Assembly: GCF_000025945.1 (NCBI RefSeq)
Contig: NC_006138.1
Span: 3,420,001-3,452,000, forward strand
Direction: 5' to 3'
Length of the DNA stretch: 32,000 nucleotides
Origin: Desulfotalea psychrophila LSv54
GTDB lineage: Bacteria; Desulfobacterota; Desulfobulbia; Desulfobulbales; Desulfocapsaceae
The notes under the pieces are model-generated. The model was not told where the DNA came from. It saw nothing but the letters and a program-made list of their open reading frames with translations, and searched no databases. The position numbers were made by a program, and so were the translations under genes. Within the stretch, counting starts at the first letter, position 1. Every line of letters starts with the position of its first letter. Below, piece after piece: positions 26,998-32,000 of this stretch.

Positions 26998-28947
26998 ATG
27001 CATATTAGCCCAATGATATTCACCCCAATACTGATCGCCTCTCTGCTTCTTTTTGCCTACGGCCTACGGTCACGTCTTAAACTGGCAGCCATGGGTAAGG
27101 CTGAAGATCGATCTGATATGATGGCACAACGAATAGCCATGATGTTCAACATAGCCTTCTTGCAAAAGAAAGTGCTAGGTGGCAGTTTCGGCCTGAATCA
27201 CTTTTTCATCTTTTGGACCTTTATTCTCCTCGCCCTCGCCAATGGTGAGTTTTTGGTAGCTGGCGTTTTTCCCGCTCTCACCTTCAAAGCACTTCCTCAG
27301 GGAATCTTCTCTCCACTGATGTTCGTCTTTGATGTTGTTTCTACCATCTGCCTTATCGCAATTGCTTCGGGAATTATCCGCCGCATCATCGCCCCACCAT
27401 ACAAAGAGGCTCGTACCGCTGAGGCCTTTGGCATTCTCGCCGTTATCGGTGGCCTAATGCTTGCCTACTTCGGCGTCCATGCAGCAGAGCTTGCCCTTGG
27501 TGAAATCAAGGCATCAATGCCTGTTTCCGGCGCTATCGCCTCTATGCTCAGCAATATGGCACCAGCTTCCATTGCCAGCTTTGGCCAGACAGCATGGTGG
27601 ATTCACGCCTTTCTTATCCTAGGCCTGATGAACTACCTGCCCTTTGGCAAGCACATGCACATCATCACCGCCATCCCCAACTGTCTTTTCGGGGCAATCG
27701 ACAAGGTTAACACTGTACCCCGTGAAGAATTTGCTGAGAATAACAGCTATGGCGTACAGGAAGCAAATGACTTCACCTGGAAAGACATTATCGACTCTTT
27801 CACCTGTACCGAGTGTGGCCGTTGCCAGAAGGTATGTCCTGCCACCCTCACCGACAAAGAGTTGGTACCACGTACCCTTATTGAGCAGATCAAGTACAAT
27901 TTGATCGCCAATCAAGCAGAGCTCAAGGCCGGCAAGCCTGTCTCCTACAACCTTATTGGCGACGGCGAAAAGAGCATCAGCAAAGAGGCTATCTGGTCTT
28001 GCCTTACCTGTGGGGCATGCATGCAACAGTGCCCTGTTCTTATTGAGCATGTGCCCAAGATTATCAAGATGCGTCGTCACCTGGTTCAGATGGAGTCCGA
28101 TTTCCCTGAAGAACTGTTAAGCCTTTTCGAAAACATGGAGCAACGTAGCAATCCATGGGGCATGGCACCATCTGATCGTAGTAAATGGGTTGGTGAGCTT
28201 GAAGTGCCAATGTTTGACGAATCCAAAGAGTATCTCTTCTATGTTGGTTGCTCCGGATCCTTCGATGCTCGAGCTCGTCAGGTAACAACCTCCATGGTCA
28301 AAATCCTCAATGCAGCTGGAATCTCCTACGGCATCCTCGGCAAAGATGAGCTCTGCTGTGGAGACAGTGTCCGTCGACTCGGTAACGAGTATGTCTTTGA
28401 TCAAATGGCACAGCAAAACACTGACCTCTTCAAGAAGCTTGGAGTTAAAAAGATCATCACCGCCTGTCCACACTGTTTTACCACCGTCCTCAACGACTAT
28501 AAGCAGTATGGCCTGGAGATCGAAGTTACTCACCACACCACCTTCATCAACAAGCTCATTGCTGAGAAGAAGCTTGCCCTGAATAACACAGAGATGAAAG
28601 GCAAGAATATTGTCTACCATGACTCCTGTTATCTCGGTCGCCACAATGGTATCTACGACGCTCCACGAAACGTCATCACCAGCATCACCCAAAAAGCTCC
28701 AATTGAAATGGAGAAGAACCGTGAGAACGCATTCTGCTGTGGTGCAGGTGGCGGTCGCATGTGGCTTGAAGAACGTACCGAAAAGCGAGTAAATGTTGAA
28801 CGTACCAAACAGGCCCTTGAGACCAATGCTGATTGTATCACCGTTGGCTGTCCATTCTGCCTGACTATGTTTGAAGATGGTGCCAAGGATCTTGGCGCCG
28901 AGGTTCCTGTAAAGGATATTGCCGAGGTAGTTGCCGCAGCACTGTAA
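26998..28947 (+). CDS. membrane Fe-S oxidoreductase (NarI-like N-terminus + 4Fe-4S + CCG domains; EtfD/HdrD-like)
   Basis: N-terminal hydrophobic helices, CTECGRCQKVCPA, CLTCGACMQQCPVLIE, CCG-type motifs CCGDSVRRLG and CCGAGGGRMW. Starts directly after etfA. Confidence 0.87.
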   Translation: MHISPMIFTPILIASLLLFAYGLRSRLKLAAMGKAEDRSDMMAQRIAMMFNIAFLQKKVLGGSFGLNHFFIFWTFILLALANGEFLVAGVFPALTFKALPQGIFSPLMFVFDVVSTICLIAIASGIIRRIIAPPYKEARTAEAFGILAVIGGLMLAYFGVHAAELALGEIKASMPVSGAIASMLSNMAPASIASFGQTAWWIHAFLILGLMNYLPFGKHMHIITAIPNCLFGAIDKVNTVPREEFAENNSYGVQEANDFTWKDIIDSFTCTECGRCQKVCPATLTDKELVPRTLIEQIKYNLIANQAELKAGKPVSYNLIGDGEKSISKEAIWSCLTCGACMQQCPVLIEHVPKIIKMRRHLVQMESDFPEELLSLFENMEQRSNPWGMAPSDRSKWVGELEVPMFDESKEYLFYVGCSGSFDARARQVTTSMVKILNAAGISYGILGKDELCCGDSVRRLGNEYVFDQMAQQNTDLFKKLGVKKIITACPHCFTTVLNDYKQYGLEIEVTHHTTFINKLIAEKKLALNNTEMKGKNIVYHDSCYLGRHNGIYDAPRNVITSITQKAPIEMEKNRENAFCCGAGGGRMWLEERTEKRVNVERTKQALETNADCITVGCPFCLTMFEDGAKDLGAEVPVKDIAEVVAAAL

Positions 28948-28968
28948 GAACCAAGCTGGACCGAAGAA

Positions 28969-29008
28969 CAAAAAGCCCATACTGCTCTGCAGTATGGGCT
29001 TTTTTTAT
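28969..29008 (+). terminator. intrinsic terminator of the etf/oxidoreductase operon
   Basis: aaaaaGCCCATACTGctctgCAGTATGGGCttttttt. Confidence 0.8.
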
Positions 29009-29365
29009 GCACACCAAAGCAGCAAGCAGTAACTTTGACCAGAAAGCAAAGGACCGCCCCCCCCAGAACATCAAATTAATGGGCTAAGCTCACTACCCTC
29101 CAAGCGTAACCAAACAGATCCATGGATTGTACCGCTATCCCCCCACATGATCAGTGATGGCCCTTTAACGGCTTTCGGCACTCAAGGTGAACTAAAGAAC
29201 TGTGGATGATTCATAGGCTTACCTTACATGGAACAGAGAAGGAAACAAGCCAACAGAGAGCCACACTGTTAGCGGGCAATGCTTTAGCCAAAACACCTTC
29301 CACAACAGAACCTCTCTATCAAGGTCAATCCTGACAAACTGGCCTGGCCATCATGCCGGACAAAC

Positions 29366-29402
29366 AAAAAAAAGCCCCTCCGGATAAATCCAGAGGGGCA
29401 AT
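29366..29402 (-). terminator. intrinsic terminator of the TRAP transporter operon
   Basis: aaaaaaaaaGCCCCTCcggataaatccaGAGGGGC upstream of the U-tract on the - strand. Confidence 0.7.
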
Positions 29403-29431
29403 CAGCAACAATCAGGGGCAACCACTCTCTC

Positions 29432-31300
29432 CTAGATCATGAAGAGGGAGAGTTGCGGAATAAAGGTTACAGCAAGCAGTACCAATATCATGACGCCCAA
29501 AAATGGAATAACAACCTTGGAGACCTGCTCAATCTTAACATTAGCAACCCCAGCGGCAACAAAGAGGTTGACCCCAACAGGCGGGGTAACAAAACCAATG
29601 GCCAGGTTGACCACCATGATGATACCAAAATGCAGTGGATCAACACCTACCTTCATGACAATCGGCAGGAGGATGGGTACCAAAATAACAATGGCTGCCA
29701 GGGCCTCCATAAAGGTACCAACGACCAGAAGCAGAACGTTGATCAAGAGCAGGATAACAATTTTATTGGAAGTCATGCCAAGAATGAAGTCGGCAATCAT
29801 AGCCGGTACCTGCTCCACGGTCATGACGTTACCAAAAATCTTGGCCATGGCCATAAGGACAATAACAATCGCCGAGGTTGAACAGGCCTCAATAAAGGCA
29901 GGAGCCAGATTCTTCATGTTCAGCTCGCGGTAGACAAAGATACCAACAACCAAACCGTAGAAGGCTGCAACGGCAGCGGCTTCGGTGGGGGTCATGATAC
30001 CACCGTAGATACCACCGAGAACAATCACCGGTACCATCAGGGCAAGCTTTGCATCCCAAAATGCCCGAGCAAATGTCTTAAAATTACGTTCTTTCACCTC
30101 ACCCTTCCAGCCACGCTTCTTCGAATAAAAGAAACTAAAAACCATCAGGGCAAGTCCGGTAAGAAGACCGGGAACAATACCGGCAATAAAGAGATCACCT
30201 ACCGATACCTGGGCGGAAACACCGTAGACGACAAAGGGGTTGGATGGAGGAATCATTACCCCGATCGCACCGGCGGTTGCCACAACGGCACAGGAAAAGT
30301 ACTTATCATAGCCACGTGCCATCATGGCAGGAATGGTCAGGGAGCCAATTGCAGCAACGGTTGCAGGGCCAGAACCAGAGATTGCGGCAAAGAACATACA
30401 GGTTGCAATGGTCGCAAGGGCCAGACCACCGGGCAGGGCACCGAGAAGTTCATCGGCAAGATCCAGTAGACGGCGGGAAAGCCCACCACAGCCCATGAAC
30501 ACACCGGCAGCAATAAAAAATGGAATTGCCATGATGGGAAAGCTATCAATGGAGGTAAAACTCACCTGCGCCACATACTCAATGGGGAGAGAGCCGTTGG
30601 CCACAACGGTGGCAAGAGCTGCAAGGCCAAGACTGATGGCAATGGGCACACCAATTACCAAAAAGAGGGCAAAGTAGCCAAAGAGCACTGACAATACGTT
30701 AAAGCCACTAAATAAGATTATAGGCAAAGAGATAGCAGCACAGAGCCCCACACCAACAAGTGAATCAAGAATACCCGTTTCCTTAACCTGCTTGAAAAGA
30801 TCCTGAAGCAGGCGCAGAGACATCAGGCCAAAGGCAATGGGCAGAATCAAATAGGGTATATAGTACGGTATTTGCAAGGCTGCTGTAGTCTGTGGATATC
30901 TGATCTGCATACCGATATGCTTGATACCCATATACAAAATTACTGAAGTGAGGATCAAAAAGAAGACATCAACCACAACCCAGCTTATCCGTTGCAAACG
31001 CGGAGGAAGGCGATCATAAACAATATCAACTCGAATATTACTTCGATTCTTGATCGCTATGGGAACTGCCAGATAAGAGATCCAGATAAAGATAAAACGG
31101 GCAAGTTCTTCGGTCCAAACACCAGCACTCGGGTCAGCACCAAGAGGTACGCCGATATAACGGTAGGAGGTTTGGAAGACACTGATGAGAATGATAGAGA
31201 GCATTCCCAAGATAAGAAAGGGCTTTTCAAAATTATCATCAAGCCAATGCATCCAATTTTTATTGGCCGCCGGCATCTGTGGTGGTGTCGCTGAAGACAT
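29432..31300 (-). CDS. TRAP transporter fused small and large permease (DctQM-type)
   Basis: DctQ-like N-terminus (GVWTEELARFIFIWISYLAVPIAIKNRSNIRVD), DctM-like remainder (FGYFALFLVIGVPIAISLGLAALAT, FFIAAGVFMGCGGLSRRLLDLADELLGALPGGLALATIATCMFFAAISGSGPAT). Confidence 0.9.
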   Translation of the reverse strand: MSSATPPQMPAANKNWMHWLDDNFEKPFLILGMLSIILISVFQTSYRYIGVPLGADPSAGVWTEELARFIFIWISYLAVPIAIKNRSNIRVDIVYDRLPPRLQRISWVVVDVFFLILTSVILYMGIKHIGMQIRYPQTTAALQIPYYIPYLILPIAFGLMSLRLLQDLFKQVKETGILDSLVGVGLCAAISLPIILFSGFNVLSVLFGYFALFLVIGVPIAISLGLAALATVVANGSLPIEYVAQVSFTSIDSFPIMAIPFFIAAGVFMGCGGLSRRLLDLADELLGALPGGLALATIATCMFFAAISGSGPATVAAIGSLTIPAMMARGYDKYFSCAVVATAGAIGVMIPPSNPFVVYGVSAQVSVGDLFIAGIVPGLLTGLALMVFSFFYSKKRGWKGEVKERNFKTFARAFWDAKLALMVPVIVLGGIYGGIMTPTEAAAVAAFYGLVVGIFVYRELNMKNLAPAFIEACSTSAIVIVLMAMAKIFGNVMTVEQVPAMIADFILGMTSNKIVILLLINVLLLVVGTFMEALAAIVILVPILLPIVMKVGVDPLHFGIIMVVNLAIGFVTPPVGVNLFVAAGVANVKIEQVSKVVIPFLGVMILVLLAVTFIPQLSLFMI

Positions 31301-31420
31301 AGAATATTTCCTTACTCACAATAGAATGCCAAAGATCATTCTGCTGAACAATCTTTGGCATTTATATTAAACAGTGAAGGCATACGTGAATCCTCATATG
31401 CCTTTTACTGAAGCTAAAAA

Positions 31421-32000
<580 letters not shown>

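Noticed and set aside
28117-28980. 287 aa - strand ORF opposite the EtfD/HdrD-like gene
   Set aside because: Antisense to a protein with intact Fe-S and CCG motifs; not a recognisable family.
29439-30677. + strand ORFs opposite the TRAP permease
   Set aside because: Low-complexity Lys/Met/Thr or His/Gln-rich shadows of a clear DctQM gene.

Overview
The window encodes a glycyl-radical-enzyme bacterial microcompartment (BMC) system, probably from a sulfate- or sulfite-reducing deltaproteobacterium. The composition resembles Desulfotalea/Desulfobulbales, but that is inference. Left flank, + strand: a small Cys-motif protein, YcaO, an RluA-family pseudouridine synthase and a TYW1-like radical SAM protein. 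Main locus, - strand: a GRE activase and a GRE whose active-site residues fit isethionate sulfite-lyase (IslA). Two tandem copies of a shell/cargo operon follow: EutQ-like, [Pta], BMC-H, PduS-like, PduT-like BMC-T, two BMC-H, EutN/CcmL, acetaldehyde dehydrogenase. Copy 1 has pta. Copy 2 keeps only a decayed 3' remnant of pta and carries eutJ at its end. Divergent, + strand: a family-2 amidohydrolase with an apparent C-terminal BMC encapsulation peptide, then EtfB, ferredoxin-fused EtfA and an HdrD/EtfD-like membrane Fe-S oxidoreductase. Right edge, - strand: a fused TRAP DctQM and a truncated DctP. The most interesting observations are: (1) the EP-tagged amidohydrolase linked to an ETF/quinone module beside the BMC; (2) a dyad motif, TGTTGC-N6-GCAcAA, repeated only in the intergenic regions of the system and placed about 150-180 bp upstream of sigma54-type promoters; (3) duplication of the whole shell operon with decay of pta; (4) no alcohol dehydrogenase but duplicated PduS/PduT, which suggests electron export toward sulfite respiration. 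All assignments come from reading the supplied sequence and translations; no database search was run.
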